32,388 bases of DNA from Coniocarpon cinnabarinum (GCA_051942205.1 JAVECO010000014.1:186001-218388); one strand, 5' to 3'. Shown: positions 1 through 12,240, counted from the first letter of the stretch. Numbers and translations: made by a program. Notes: generated from the letters alone by a model not told the origin.

Positions 1-507
1 GTCAGCCGTCGCAGATGTTATTTCTTCATTGAGGAGACGCCATAGCGCGGGTGCGACGGCCGGCGGCATGTTAACGAGGCGTTCTGATAGTACCAATCCC
101 ACTCTTTTCGTCTCTGTCATACCTTCTAATAACCTCTTTACATCCTGCAAACCAGCATCACATTTTCTGCGTAACCATTGTACAATCTGCTTCACACCGT
201 CTTCGTTTCGTCGTTCCCACAGATCTACCACTGCGAGGAATGCAAATGGATCGTTTTCCTCGGCGGTGTGCTCTTCATCTTCGCATTTGACGCAGGTGCC
301 GAGGACGGGTTGGTCGATGATGGCGTCGGCGATGTTGTGAAGAGGAAGAGAAGGGGCAGATGTGTGGAAGAGTTGTGTGAGGAGGGATTTGAGGCCGTGG
401 TAGTCGGGTTCTGCGGGTGGGAAGAACTCGAAGTCGACGTTGATGAGGGAGTCTGTGTCCGATGAGTTGTCTTGGGCTGCAGGCTTCTGGTGTTTGCGTT
501 TCGGCAT
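1..507 (-). CDS. BCP1: Protein BCP1 (BCCIP family; Rpl23 chaperone / 60S export factor), 5' part only, continues off the window
   Basis: ATG at 507 opens a frame with no stop to base 1: MPKRKHQKPAAQDNSSDTDSLINVDFEFFPPAEPDYHGLKSLLTQLF...VGLVLSERLVNMPPAVAPALWRLLNEEI. NVDFEFF, DxHGLKxLLxQLF and GLxLSERLxNMP are BCP1 family motifs. Absent from the ORF track because the stop lies outside the window. Confidence 0.9.
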   Translation of the reverse strand, partial: MPKRKHQKPAAQDNSSDTDSLINVDFEFFPPAEPDYHGLKSLLTQLFHTSAPSLPLHNIADAIIDQPVLGTCVKCEDEEHTAEENDPFAFLAVVDLWERRNEDGVKQIVQWLRRKCDAGLQDVKRLLEGMTETKRVGLVLSERLVNMPPAVAPALWRLLNEEITSATAD

Positions 508-649
508 GTTGCTAGAGCTGTGTTTTCGGTGCAGCAAATCAAGTGAAAGGCAGTCGAATAATTTGAAAAGGCTAAGTTGAGAGGTCGCCAAAAAAGTGTC
601 TAGCAAGTCAGGCGAGGCAGAAAACTTTCGAAGAAGAAAAAGGGTCTGT

Positions 650-1820
650 TCAACAGCTATCTGAAGTGGTACTATAATACATTTCGATTTTCTGAATCTG
701 CAAAACCGCAGTATCGGCCGGCGGTCCCACCGTCCACGCTTGATCTCCATCTGCCCAATTGTTCCAAATCCAAGGACCATCTTCTTTGGGAACGTACTCT
801 GTCAACTTTCCCACGTTTTTGTCGTCGACAAAAAAATTTACGGCGTCCTCTGTCCAGTCTATACGATACTCGTGGGGCGTTGACGTCGCATCTGCTGGTA
901 TCGGAGCGGTGGCATCCGCTGTGTTGTCACTCCCCTCTGCTTCGTGGTTTGTGAAGAAGAGTGATGTGTCTCCGCCGTCCGAATCTTGCTCCGCGGCGGC
1001 AGTGTTTGACACAGAAGTGGGATCGCTGAGGTATTCGATGTCAATCTCTTGGCCATTATCGCCACTGAAGAAGAAGAAGCCATTGCACACGCCCTTCGTG
1101 GATGTCAGAATGGCGGTGGTCCGCACAGAAGCGTATTTGATATGCTCTTCCACGGTTTGCATCATTGCTCCTCGAATGGGTGATTGGTTTTGTCCGCCAG
1201 GGACTGTCAGCATCGCCGCGCCATCCGTCACGTTTACCAACTCTGGATCGTATGTGCGAGAGTATTTGCCGTGTTCCCTTGGTTCAGATTCAGGTATCGA
1301 AGTGAGTTCCGATGGTAGCGCACTGAGCGTAGAGAAGTCATACACAACGTGCGTTGCGAAGCTTCCTACGCCAGAAATAGAGCTGCACCCTCCATTCGAT
1401 GTCGGCGTTCCCTTGGAACCTGAGCTTTGCGAAGCATCGGCCGCGTCGGCAGCCGCAGCAGCCTCAGGCTGCATCTGAGCTGCACTGGCAGACGTAGCAG
1501 GGGTACTTTTGGCTGAGCCGCACGTGCCGAAGTCTGATTGACAGCCATCTCCGCAGTAGTCATCGCCAGAGCCTATAAGAGTCAGTCGCTGCGGCAGAGG
1601 CAAGATGAAACCATTTAAAGGGCTCACCACAGTATCCAGCACCAGAGCAACAAGGGCCCCCACCAGGGCTATTCGGGTCACATGAAAAGCCGTTGCTTAA
1701 TCCACAGGTGTTCTGTAGAGAAGTTGCGCGCCCGTGCAAATTACGGTGATCCCGCCGAAGTGCGGTGGCGGAAAAGGCACACAACACTAATGTCAATAGA
1801 TGGCTCTTTTGCATCGCCAT
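650..1820 (-). CDS. Secreted GH16 glycoside hydrolase/transglycosylase with N-terminal CBM18 (hevein) chitin-binding domain, ~371 aa
   Basis: Exons 1820-1628 and 1572-650; intron 1627-1573 (GTGAGC..CTGAC..TAG). Signal peptide MAMQKSHLLTLVLCAFSATA, 8-Cys hevein domain CGLSNGFSC..CCSGAGYCG|SGDDYCGDGCQSDFGTC, Ser/Ala linker, catalytic motif EIDIEY (ExDxE), HEYRIDW and WNNWADG. The start could instead be ATG 1814. Confidence 0.88.
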
Positions 1821-2440
1821 ATCTTCACTTGTCAGTACCCCCTGTTCTTGGGTCTCGGAAGACTTGAGCAGGACACGCGTGCAGCACAACGAGCTGGAAG
1901 GCCTGGAGACGTGGCCTGTGGCATTTTATCACAAACGCCAAGTCGGCCATGTTCGATTCTATCGCAAGCGGTCAAATGAAGGGGAATAAGCAACAGACCC
2001 GAATTCGCGGTTTGAAACGTGTTTGCGCCGCATTCCCATTGACGTACCACCCGCTACGGGAACTGCAACGTGTTGGTACTCCTGTCATGTAGGCGCATGC
2101 ACTGGGCCCCAAGTAATTCCCAAACACTAGCACATGTTACGTAGTGTGTTAGCTCAAACCAAGTCACTTTCTTGAGACGTTTCCAAAGAAACTTTATGTT
2201 AGAAGCTCGTCGTCATTGCATGACCGCTTGGGACTACGTTCGATAGCGGCCTGATTGACGGCCACGGCACAACACTGCCGTCACGCTACACGCTGTGTGT
2301 GCCTACCAACCTTGGATGCTCGTTCTCCGCTGAAGTTGCTGTTCCACGTTGCAGGACGATGCGACAAGCTCATAACTGTAAGACGACCCCTCGGTGCTGG
2401 CTAGAGAACCGAGCACTGCAGCAGGACCGAAATGAGACTA

Positions 2441-2448
2441 GTCACGTG
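2441..2448. promoter_or_regulatory. GTCACGTG (Cbf1/bHLH E-box-like) element in the GH16/LEA1 divergent promoter
   Basis: Exact RTCACGTG match inside the near-palindrome ACTAGTCACGTGCTAGT (2437-2453), ~200 bp upstream of the LEA1 ATG. Function is inferred only. Confidence 0.35.
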
Positions 2449-2644
2449 CTAGTGTATGTAGCTTTGGGCCTGAATAACAAGGCGTAATGTTTGCGAGTCA
2501 TCCTTGCGGATATACTTTGTTAGGTCTCACGAGCATTGTCAAAACCTAAATTTCAACAGGCTCTGCCGTAATCAATAATAGCGGCGAATACTCTCGAACA
2601 GCTTTGCCGACGTAAAGAAGTCGTAGAAGTCGTGGAAGTCAATC

Positions 2645-3501
2645 ATGCGGCTCACAGTCGACCTTATAAATCAGTCCCTCTCGTACCTTAATCCACTCTT
2701 GGAACGCGAGTTGGACTTAAGAGGTGAGACATCGGCGTTTCCGACTCGACGAAGCTAAGGCGGTATGCTCACGGATCCAATTCTCCAGGAAACAAGATCC
2801 CAGCGATTGAAAACCTCGGCGGGGCTGCTGAGCACGACGCTATTGATCTGACAGATAATGAAATCTCGATCTTGGCAGGCTTCCCGTTGATGCCGCGTTT
2901 AAAAACAATACTGCTTGCCAGAAATCGTTTAGCAGCCATATCGCCAGGTCTTGAGCGCTCTGTCCCAAATGTGCACACATTGGTGCTGGAGCAAAACCGC
3001 ATGTCAGAATTAGCGGATTTGGATCCGCTGATGAACTTCCGACACCTCGAGCATCTCGTATTGATAGGCAATCCAGTGTGCAGAAAAGAGGTAAGACTCG
3101 AGATTCCATCTGTCGTGGCAATCACTAACCCGGATGGAAAGAATTATCGGTTTTGGGTCTTGTGGCGTGCACCTTCAGTCCGCTTCCTGGACTACTCCAA
3201 GGTCCGGGATAGTGAGCGCGAGAAGGCCGCAGAGCTGTTCGGCAGCCGCGAAGAGCCTACTCCGCTCGCTCACCAAATCGCAAACCTAAAGTCACGTGAA
3301 GCCGAGCACCCAGATGCATTCACCGCAGTAAATGGGGCTCCAGACGGTATAGACAGAACGGGTCAAACTAAACTCACTGCCCAGCAACGCAAACAACTCG
3401 AAGAAATGATCAGGAATACTAAGAGCTTGACTGAGATGACCCGGCTTGAGGCGGCGCTCAAAGAAGGGCGGATGCCAAGTGGCCTGATCTCCAAGGGCTG
3501 A
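2645..3501 (+). CDS. LEA1: U2 snRNP A' (LRR protein)
   Basis: Exons 2645-2723, 2789-3090, 3142-3501. MRLTVDLINQSLSYLNPLLERELDLRG|NKIPAIENLG..DAIDLTDN..LRRs..GNPVCRKE|NYRFWVLWRAPSVRFLDYSKVRDSER..LEAALKEGRMP is the typical U2A' sequence. Confidence 0.95.
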
Positions 3502-4879
3502 CAGTAGTTGAAGGCAATTCATTACGTATTACATGAACGATCCGAGAGCTTGGTCAAACATCGTGCGAGCTGTGCAAGAGAGCCTAGATCGCGCCAGTAG
3601 CTCTGAGCTCTGCTGCAAGCGCAAACGAACGTTCATGAACGACAGGTTCATTTGAGCAATACAGTACACTAGCATCCGCATAGATTTCGGAGTCCTAGCG
3701 TCTACAAGGCTTGCAAAAGTTGTCACATCTAGAGGCATTGGACAGGTCGCCCGCCACGTGTTGCAATCAAGAAGCAGCGGCGTGACCCTCCCGGAGAGCA
3801 CAAACGACATACTGCATCGATTAAAGCCAGTGATTTGAGATAATGCTAGGTATGTCTGACTTTGGGGGTATGGTGAGTGGTGATATGATGCTGGGGCTCT
3901 CCGAGCGAAGCAGCATGCCTTTGGGACACTACACAATCACGGTACAGGTGCAGTGCAAGGTGGCTCAATGCATCCGACCCATTAAGCACGTACAAACAGG
4001 ACGGCTGTCGTACCGTCAAACGACAACAAGTGCAAATTCTGCAGGAAACAAATAGAAGGATTGAACACGGTTGTGCCCCACAAGCACATTGCAGCCTCGG
4101 CCTGACCTTTGCGCTTATTGTACTCGCTGCGCTGCAGCAGCTCGACAGCTGCTACATTAGTCACGAGCTGCTTAGAAACTCGATACGAACAGTTCGTTTG
4201 CTCGAGTCCGCACAGTATCATATGGCACAGAGAGGTATGCACAAATCGACAGTTCCTAAGTCTTTGACAGGGTACGTGAACCACCACCACAGCGCTTTGT
4301 TTCGACGCGTGAGCAACTACTCGGTTCACACAAGGAATCCACGTTCCGCAGCACCAAGCAAGGCATCAGTATCACAACAGTCAACTATGCAGACACCCCT
4401 CATGCTGTCAGCGGACCGAACCGCGCACAGACAGGCCCCTGTGACGGGCTCTCTTCCCCGTTCCCGTCGGGCATCGTTGGCTCCACTGTCCTCCTGAGCA
4501 TTAACGACAAGCTATGCACAAATTGATTTGTAATGGTATGATACGTGACGCGCAATGGACAGCAAGAAATTCGTCAAGTACAGGAGAAAAATCGTTAACT
4601 CCGCAAGCCGATGCCCCAAACCCGTGGTGGATCCAGAACAGTTGATGTCACTCACGCTTAAAATGACTCGCACACGCATTTAAACAGCATAATGCAAGAC
4701 ACGATCGGATCTTTAACGCCGCCCTTGGCAGCGTTACGATCTGCAATGATGGTGGGTATGAAATGCCCCACGGCTATATCTCCCTTTGAAGCTCCAATTT
4801 TTCCTTCGCTTTATTCATTCCTCAAGACTTAAACCCAGAAGCACTTGTTTGAGTAGTCCGCATCATTTGCTAGTACATC

Positions 4880-6169
4880 ATGTCTCTGTTTGCACCAGGT
4901 ATGCTAATATTGCCATCCATTCTCGAAATCTGTGTGACCAGTCGATTCTGATAAGCCGGTTTTGTAGCACCTGACCCAGAGTCGCCGTTGGCGCGTCATC
5001 GCGTCCTAGCTCCCACAGCTGGGATCAAAGTCTCTCCATTATGTCTCGGTGCCATGGGCTTTGGAGATGCATGGCGAGAGCTCATGGGAAAGTGTGACAA
5101 GAACGATACCTTTGAGCTACTGGATTACTTCACTGAGCAAGGTGGTAACTTCATTGATACTGCCAACAACTACCAAAACCAAGAATCCGAAACCTGGATT
5201 GGAGACTGGATGGAGAAGCGGAACAATCGTGATCAGCTGGTGCTAGCGACAAAGTACACTACTTGGTACAAAGGTAACGAGAAGGGCGTGCATCCTTCTC
5301 AGTTCACGGGAAACTCGGCCAAATCTCTGCGTACCTCGGTCAATGATTCCTTAAAAAAGCTCAAGACCGATTATATTGACCTGTTGTATATGCACGTGAG
5401 TTGGTCCTACGTGCTTTCAGTCGCACGAGAACTTTCTGACAGTCGAGTCATATAGTGGTTCGATACCACCACATCAGTGGAAGAGGTCATGCAATCACTC
5501 AATCGTCTGGTCAATGACGGTAAGGTGCTATACTTGGGCATCTCCGATACTCCAGCGTGGTGGGTGGCTAAGGCAAACCAATATGCACGGGATCACGGCA
5601 TGACTCAGTTCTCCGTCTACCAAGGTCTGTGGAATTGCGCACAACGTGACCTCGAGCGTGAAATTTTGCCCATGTGTCAAGCCGAAGGTATGGCCATTGC
5701 TCCATGGAAGGCACTTGGTGGCGGTCAATTCAAGACCGAAGCTATGAAAGAACAGGTTAAGGCTGAGGGCGGGGGTCGAAACCAATTCTACGGTGACCAG
5801 TCAGCCAAAGAAAGGAAAATTACCAGTGTGCTGGAAGCCATTGCGAAGAAGCGGAACCAGCACCTCACCGGCGTTGCAATGGCTTACGTGATGAACACGA
5901 CACCTGATGTCTTCCCGATCGTTGGCGGTCGCAAGAAGGAACACCTCAAAGGTAACATCGACGCGCTCAAGATCAGGTTGACCCCAGAGGAACTGCAAGA
6001 GATTCGCGACGCCAGTGAATTTGAGACAGGCTTCCCATTATCGATGTTCGCACCTGGATGCAAGAGCCCAGCAGACCTGAATGTCATGGATACATTCATT
6101 ACGAGGGCAGCTCAGGTCATGGATGTCGCGTCCAAGCGTGGCCCTGCTTTCCCGCCAGACGCAAAATGA
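4880..6169 (+). CDS. Aldo-keto reductase, aryl-alcohol dehydrogenase (AAD)/NorA-like
   Basis: Exons 4880-4898, 4968-5395, 5456-6169 (introns GTATGC..TAG and GTGAGT..TAG). Motifs VSPLCLGAM, GGNFIDTANNYQ, LVLATKY, TDYIDLLYMH|W, GKVLYLGISDTPAW, PIVGGRK. Confidence 0.92.
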
Positions 6170-6434
6170 AGGAGCACGAATGGTCGTCTGTCGTTACAGG
6201 AGATTTGAATGTGTGAGATAGTTGACCCAAAGGTTGGAAATCGATATAATGGAGCTCGCTCAGAAGGGTTTGGATGGCGTGTGATGCAATGTCTGTTGAA
6301 CCACAGATGATAAATGTGAGACTTTGAAAACAGCATATACAGGGAGGCCAGGCAGTACTAGAGACTGCGTAACGTAATGGTGAGGGAGCAGCTCAAGCTT
6401 ACTGCGAGTCTCTGTTATCTCTCTTCAACTCAGA

Positions 6435-7309
6435 CTATTGCCACTGGGTACCTTGCAATCGCTGCATAAGATACTCTACTTCCACCTCTTTCGTCAACGG
6501 TATTACATGGTCTTTGTACATTGTGACAACCGCATCAGCCTGAATTTTGAACGGTCCCTCCTCTGCAATGCTAGGGTCAACGCCATACGTCTTGGCCTTG
6601 AGCCTCAAACGTTCTAAGACCTTCTTCTCTACAGCCTGATTTGTAATCGCTTTGGCAATGCCCTCTCTATCTCCAGCTCGAATAAGCTGCACAAATCGTT
6701 CGGTCTCGCTTTGAAATTTTGACTCAGCAACGAACTTGCCAAAGTGGATGCGTCGGGACAGTGCCTGTAGACACATCACGTCGCAGGTAGCGGCGGAGCC
6801 ATAGTTCTCCTGGGCATCGCCGCGCTCTTCTCGTCCTAAGCGCGCACATGCCGCTGGTAGGATGTGGTCAATGTATTCGCGCTTCAACTTTTCATTTACA
6901 TTTACGTCGTTCTCGTGCAGGATCTTAGGGTACTTGATCGGTGGGAGAATGGGCTCCTGCAAGACATCCGGAAAGAAGGGGTACTCGTCTGGTGATTGAT
7001 AACGCCTCACGAGTGACTGAAATTGTTCCTGCTGCCGCAGCATCCAGTCAAAGAGGCTGAGGTTGGAGCCAGGGATGCGCACGCCGCCGGGCTTGTAGAT
7101 GGTGGCATTGAGGGGAAACTGGACGCGCTCGATGAGATGGAAGGTTATGGTGTCTTCCTGGCGTCTGTGGAAATATGTATCTCAGCCATTTCGTCTTTGA
7201 TGATCCACAGTGGAGCCATTTGGGAACGAAAGGCTTACACAAGCTGGAAGCGAATGTTGGCCAGATCGAGGGCTTTGGATGGGTCGGACAGATCGATTGC
7301 GGTATCCAT
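6435..7309 (-). CDS. ARO7: Chorismate mutase (eukaryotic AroQ-type)
   Basis: Exons 7309-7239 and 7164-6435 (intron GTAAGC..CAG). [72 protein letters not shown]. Confidence 0.95.
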
Positions 7310-7680
7310 ATTGCAGCCGCTTGGACGTCTGAAGAGCTTGCTTGACAAATGTAAGCCTACTGTGTATTGTCATGGACTTGCCAATAGCCATGAAATGAGT
7401 CGAGAAGCAAGAATGCTCCCTCACTAGGTACCTATCTGTATACAAGACCCCACGTCACTTCAATGCAAGGCTTGGCGTTGCCCTGAACCTGCAAAGCGAC
7501 CACACGCTTTTGCTACACATTCATATCAACGCGCCGACTTCCTTAAATCCGCATCGTGCTCCGGAAAGACTCCAGCATTCAGAACCCAGACAAGTTAGAG
7601 AAAAAACACCATAATCAAGAACCTATAGCCGAGCGCAAGCCCTCAATGATATCCATCGTCCTTTTAAGAAAACACTGGCG

Positions 7681-9882
7681 ATGACAGAAGCTCATGGACG
7701 ACCGGGCCATTCGCGGCCTGGGTCGATGTCCGAGGCTGATGAGTCGTTCTTCAACGTACGAGGAGATTCTTCGGGCTGCATCTGCGCAAACGTATAGCTA
7801 ATGCCTGTTGCTCAGACCAAGGGCCTCGAAACATTCTCTCGCAAGCTTACTGCGACCGCTGGACACCTCATCAACCCCCAAACCGACCAAAACTTGTCCC
7901 AACACTACCAAGATGCCATGTCTAGCGTCCACCGTGAGCTGCGCAACCCGCTCATCCAGCGACACGTCTTTGCACTTTCCCAGACTACGCCACGAGACTT
8001 CTTCCGCTCCAAATTGTCCGCTGCCGAAATCCAACACCGCGCCCTGACATACCTGCCTGAAGACATACTTCGCAATCTTCCTGAAAACAGTAATCCCTTT
8101 AGTCTTTTTCAGGGTTTTCAAGCAACGTTGCCAGAATCTAGTCAGGACCACAGACATAGGCGGAAGAGACATGGTCGTCACCAATCCAAAAGTCAACAGC
8201 TGCTGGAAGAAAAGGCGTCAGATCCCAACAGCCCGGCGCCGATGAAGAACCTCCGGAATGAAAAGCATAGCCTGGACCATCGGTTAGAGATGCTAGACGT
8301 CCGCAAGAACATGTGTAGCACAGAAATCAAGGAAATTGACAACAAGATTGCGAATCTGAATAGTATGCGACAAATCATATTAGATCGACTAGCGTCACTG
8401 GAGCAAGAAGAGGCTGATCTGGAGGGCGATATACTTGAGGTTGAGACCAAGATAGAGGATCTGCAAGAAGAGCTTGAGGATGAAGCTGCATTGCGTGGTA
8501 CGATTCCGAAAACTCCGACTAACGACGAGGAGCAAGAAGCTACGGCCGCGGGTAGACAATCTGGGATTCAAACACCAGATGCAGAAATTGACGGGGAGAC
8601 CAGCTTCATGTCGGAATCGATCTATTCCAAGCTACCTTCCTCAGCGCAGAGCAAAACGAAACGTCCGAGGCCTGGGCGACGGAGAACCAACTTCATTCTG
8701 CATGAACATCTATCGGCGGGTTCTGAGATTCGCCAAATTCGAGCCCATGAAGATCAGATATCGGCACTCGATTTTGATGCGCCGTTTGGAACGATGGTGA
8801 CGGCGGCTTTGGATGATACAGTTCGTGTTTGGGATTTGAATAGGGGTCGTTGTATTGGACTTTTGGAAGGCCATCTCTCCTCAGTCCGCTGCCTGCAGGT
8901 TGAGGAGAACTTTGTCGCTACTGGATCAATGGATGCGACGGTCCGTCTGTGGGATCTGAATCAAGCAGAGTATGCTGTTCCTCCGTCCGAAAAGCGCATT
9001 AACAAGAGACACGCGAAATCTATCGTCGATGAAGACGGCAATCCACGCACACCTCGCTCATCAGATGACGAAGAAGACTTCGCTTCAGCGCCGAACTCGC
9101 CACCTCCCAGTAACATGCGCGATTGTGCAACGCATACCTTGTCCGCGCATGTCGCAGAGATCACAGCACTGCATTTCCACAACAATGGGCTGATCACTGG
9201 CTCAGCGGACAAGACTTTGCGGCAGTGGGATCTTGAGAAGGGTCGCTGTATACAAACACTGGACGTTCTCTGGGCAGCTGCACAGGCTTCGGCAACGCAC
9301 GGTAGCTCGATGTCGACAGCTGGACTGAGAAGTCGCGCTGCAGGAGCTGATTCTGAGGCCGACTTTGTGGGAGCTGTACAATGCTTTGATGCAGCATTAG
9401 CATGCGGGACAGCTGACGGCATGGTGAGGTTATGGGATCTGCGATCTGGCATGGTGCATAGGAGCCTTGTTGGTCATACCGGTCCAGTGACGTGTCTACA
9501 ATTCGACGAAACGCATTTGGTTACTGGAAGCGCGGACAGGAGTATCAGGGTGAGTCCACCACTTGCATATGCGCTGTGATTCATTCTTGCTAATCGCGCC
9601 TTATAGATATGGGATCTACGGACTGGAGGTATTTTCGACGCCTACGCGTATGATGAACCAATCACGAGCATGTCGTTTGATTCCAAGAGCATCGCCGCAG
9701 CCGCTGGAGAGTCAGTTGTGAAGGTGTACGATAAAGCAGAGGCACGGCATTGGGACTGTGGTATAAGTGCTGGGGACGACCATTCGTCTAGTAATGCATC
9801 CACTGTTGACAGAGTCCGGCTAAGGGACGGATACCTGATTGCTGGTCAACGTGATGGTAAAGTTAGCGTGTGGAGCGTATAG
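7681..9882 (+). CDS. MDV1: Mitochondrial division protein 1 (Mdv1/Caf4): Fis1-binding N-terminus, coiled coil, WD40 repeats
   Basis: Exons 7681-7755, 7816-9549, 9607-9882 (introns GTACGA..CTAAT..CAG and GTGAGT..CTAAT..TAG). [12 protein letters not shown], coiled coil [44 protein letters not shown], multiple WD repeats. Confidence 0.93.
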
Positions 9883-10059
9883 ACGTCAATTTTTGGTCGT
9901 ACGAGCAATTGTGTAGGATATGAGTGGAACTTGTGAACATAAAACACATCTTGTTCCTCTAAATCGTTCACTTCGTCTTCTTAACCCCTGGCATACGCAC
10001 GTCACCCTCGATGCGTCGACGCTCAGACGACAACCTTACTTGGTCTGTGCGTTCAGTGG

Positions 10060-10066
10060 TATAAAA
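10060..10066 (+). promoter_or_regulatory. Candidate TATA box (TATAAAA) for ALG3
   Basis: Exact TATAAAA ~75 nt upstream of ATG 10137 in a 254-bp intergenic gap. Confidence 0.35.
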
Positions 10067-10136
10067 TACCTGCAATTGCAGTGCCCGTCTATGAACCTGT
10101 AGCCGTCTCAAAAACACGATCAGGATCTCATAGATC

Positions 10137-11677
10137 ATGGAAAGATCGGCTAGAGATGTTGCTGCAGGCGTCTTCGATATCATCACAAACCCAAAACACG
10201 TAAAATGGATAGCCCATGTGTTGCTACTTATAGACGCAGTGTTATGCGCTTTGATCATACGCACAACCAAATGTAAGTCTCGCATTCCTTTTGCAATACT
10301 CGCGTCGCGGAAAAAGTAAGAATAAAAAGCGCAGTGGTCCATCGGATGGGAAAGAAGCGCACTGCTGACCATACGGAGACACCGAAATCGACTGGGTGGC
10401 CTACATGCAACAGGTTGCCCAGTTTGCCGCGGGCGAGCGCGATTACACCCTCATCAAAGGCGATACAGGCCCGCTAGTATATCCAGCAGGTCATGTCTAC
10501 GCATACAAGTTCCTCTACGACATCACGGACGAAGGCCGGAACATTCTGCTCGCTCAATGCATCTTCGGCGTCATTTACATTTTCAATGAAGCCATGGCCA
10601 TGTGGTGTTATTACGAAGCCAACGTAAGTCTTCCTCATCCCTCTCCTTCGCCCTTTTTAATTACCTACAATGATCCATCCATCTCTACAATCCTGACAAA
10701 AAACTCAGTCCCCACCCTACCTCCTCCCCCTGCTCATCCTCTCCAAACGCCTCCACAGCATCTACCTCCTCCGCTGCTTCAACGACAGCCTCGTCACCAC
10801 CGGCTTGTTTCTCGCTATCCTACTTCTCCAAAAGCGCCGCTATACCGCCGCCTCCATCGCCTTTTCGCTAGGTCTTTCCGTCAAAATGTCACTGCTCCTC
10901 GCCCTCCCGGCTATCGGCTTGATCCTCTTCCAAGCCGTGGGACCCACCCAAGCGGTCTTGAATCTGAGCTACATGGGCCAAGTCCAGCTTATACTTGCGG
11001 TTCCGTTCTTGCAGCGGAATATCTGGGGTTATCTGAGTCGGGCGTTTGATCTGGGACGGGTGTTTGAGTACAAATGGACTGTGAATTGGCGGTTTGTCTC
11101 TGAGGAGACGTTCCTGAGTCGGGAATTTGCAGGGAGTCTGCTAGCGGCGCATCTCAGTTTGCTGGTGCTATTCGTGGTAACGAGATGGAGTCAGCCGGCG
11201 CGACGGGGCTCTTTTGTCGACTTCGTGAAGATGACGTTCGTCGCGCCGCCGCAGGAGGAACGGGACGCGATGGCAGGGCGTGTGACGCCCGACTTTGTCT
11301 TGACGTCGACGCTGACGGCCATGGCGATCGGCATGCTCTGCGCGCGGTCGTTGCACTATCAGTTCTTTGCGTGGCTCGCGTGGGCCACGCCGTGGTTGTT
11401 GTACAAGAGTGAGTTACCGCCGCTTGTGCTGGTGGCGGTGTGGTTTGGCCAGGAGATGGCGTGGAATGTGTATCCCAGCACGGTGGTGAGTAGTCGGATC
11501 GTGGTGGGTGTGCTGGCGGCGATTGTGGTGAGGGTTTGGGTTGGGACGGATGAGGTGGGTGAGGAGAGGGGGAGGGAGACGGCGAGGAGGGCGGCAAAAC
11601 TCGAGGGGAGTGGTTTGAGAGGCTTGAAAGGATCGAGAAGGGAGAAAGATGTAGTGGCAGAGTCTCAACAGCGCTGA
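10137..11677 (+). CDS. ALG3: Dol-P-Man:Man5GlcNAc2-PP-Dol alpha-1,3-mannosyltransferase
   Basis: Exons 10137-10272, 10379-10623, 10709-11677. [86 protein letters not shown]. Confidence 0.95.
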
Positions 11678-12240
11678 TACCTATTGTATATGACTGTTTT
11701 TCACATATGTTGTTTTGATCATGCCCAACTGTTCATACTCTGTGAAGCAGCATTTACGATCTCTACATTTCCTTCGCTCATGGACCAGCTCAATGACACG
11801 AGCAGCGGTAGCGACGTAGGCATCCATAGCCTCAGCTCAAGCGCGGTTCTACGAGAGCTGCCTCGACAGACTCTGCCTGTGATATCTGCTGCCCGAAAGA
11901 CAGCAAAATCCCTTCCTCAAATGTCACCCTCAACACAACCAAATTGCTCGCTCGTCTCCCTTCTGCGTCACAGCAAGCTGCTGACGCATGATCACCGTGG
12001 CTCTTCCCAGCCCAAGAATAGCGAGCCAGTATTATTGTGTCGGTGCGCTGCGCTGCTGTAGCAAATCTGCTGCGCGATGTCATTGCAGCAGAGCTACGCA
12101 CCGAGTGCATGTCTTTCTGGGCTCCCAGATTTCCGCGTCAGAATGCCCCTTCGAAGTGCTGTCACGTAACAACCCAGTCCTCTAGCGTGCGTATTTTCAA
12201 GTTATGACTAATCGTCGTCTTCAAGTCCGACATCTCCTCT

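Noticed and set aside
759..1478. 239-aa plus-strand ORF
   Set aside because: Antisense shadow of the GH16 gene; no recognisable motifs.
3529..4497. Several 70-155 aa ORFs between LEA1 and the AKR
   Set aside because: No domain, no coherent splice model and mostly non-ATG starts; treated as intergenic, though a degraded gene cannot be excluded.
5455..5469. GTGG-TTCGATA-CCAC resembling a tRNA T-arm
   Set aside because: No acceptor, D or anticodon arms; it is the intron/exon junction encoding WFDTT of the AKR.
7395..7402. ATGAGTCG as a Gcn4/CpcA site for ARO7
   Set aside because: Imperfect match to TGASTCA, single copy; not supportable from sequence alone.
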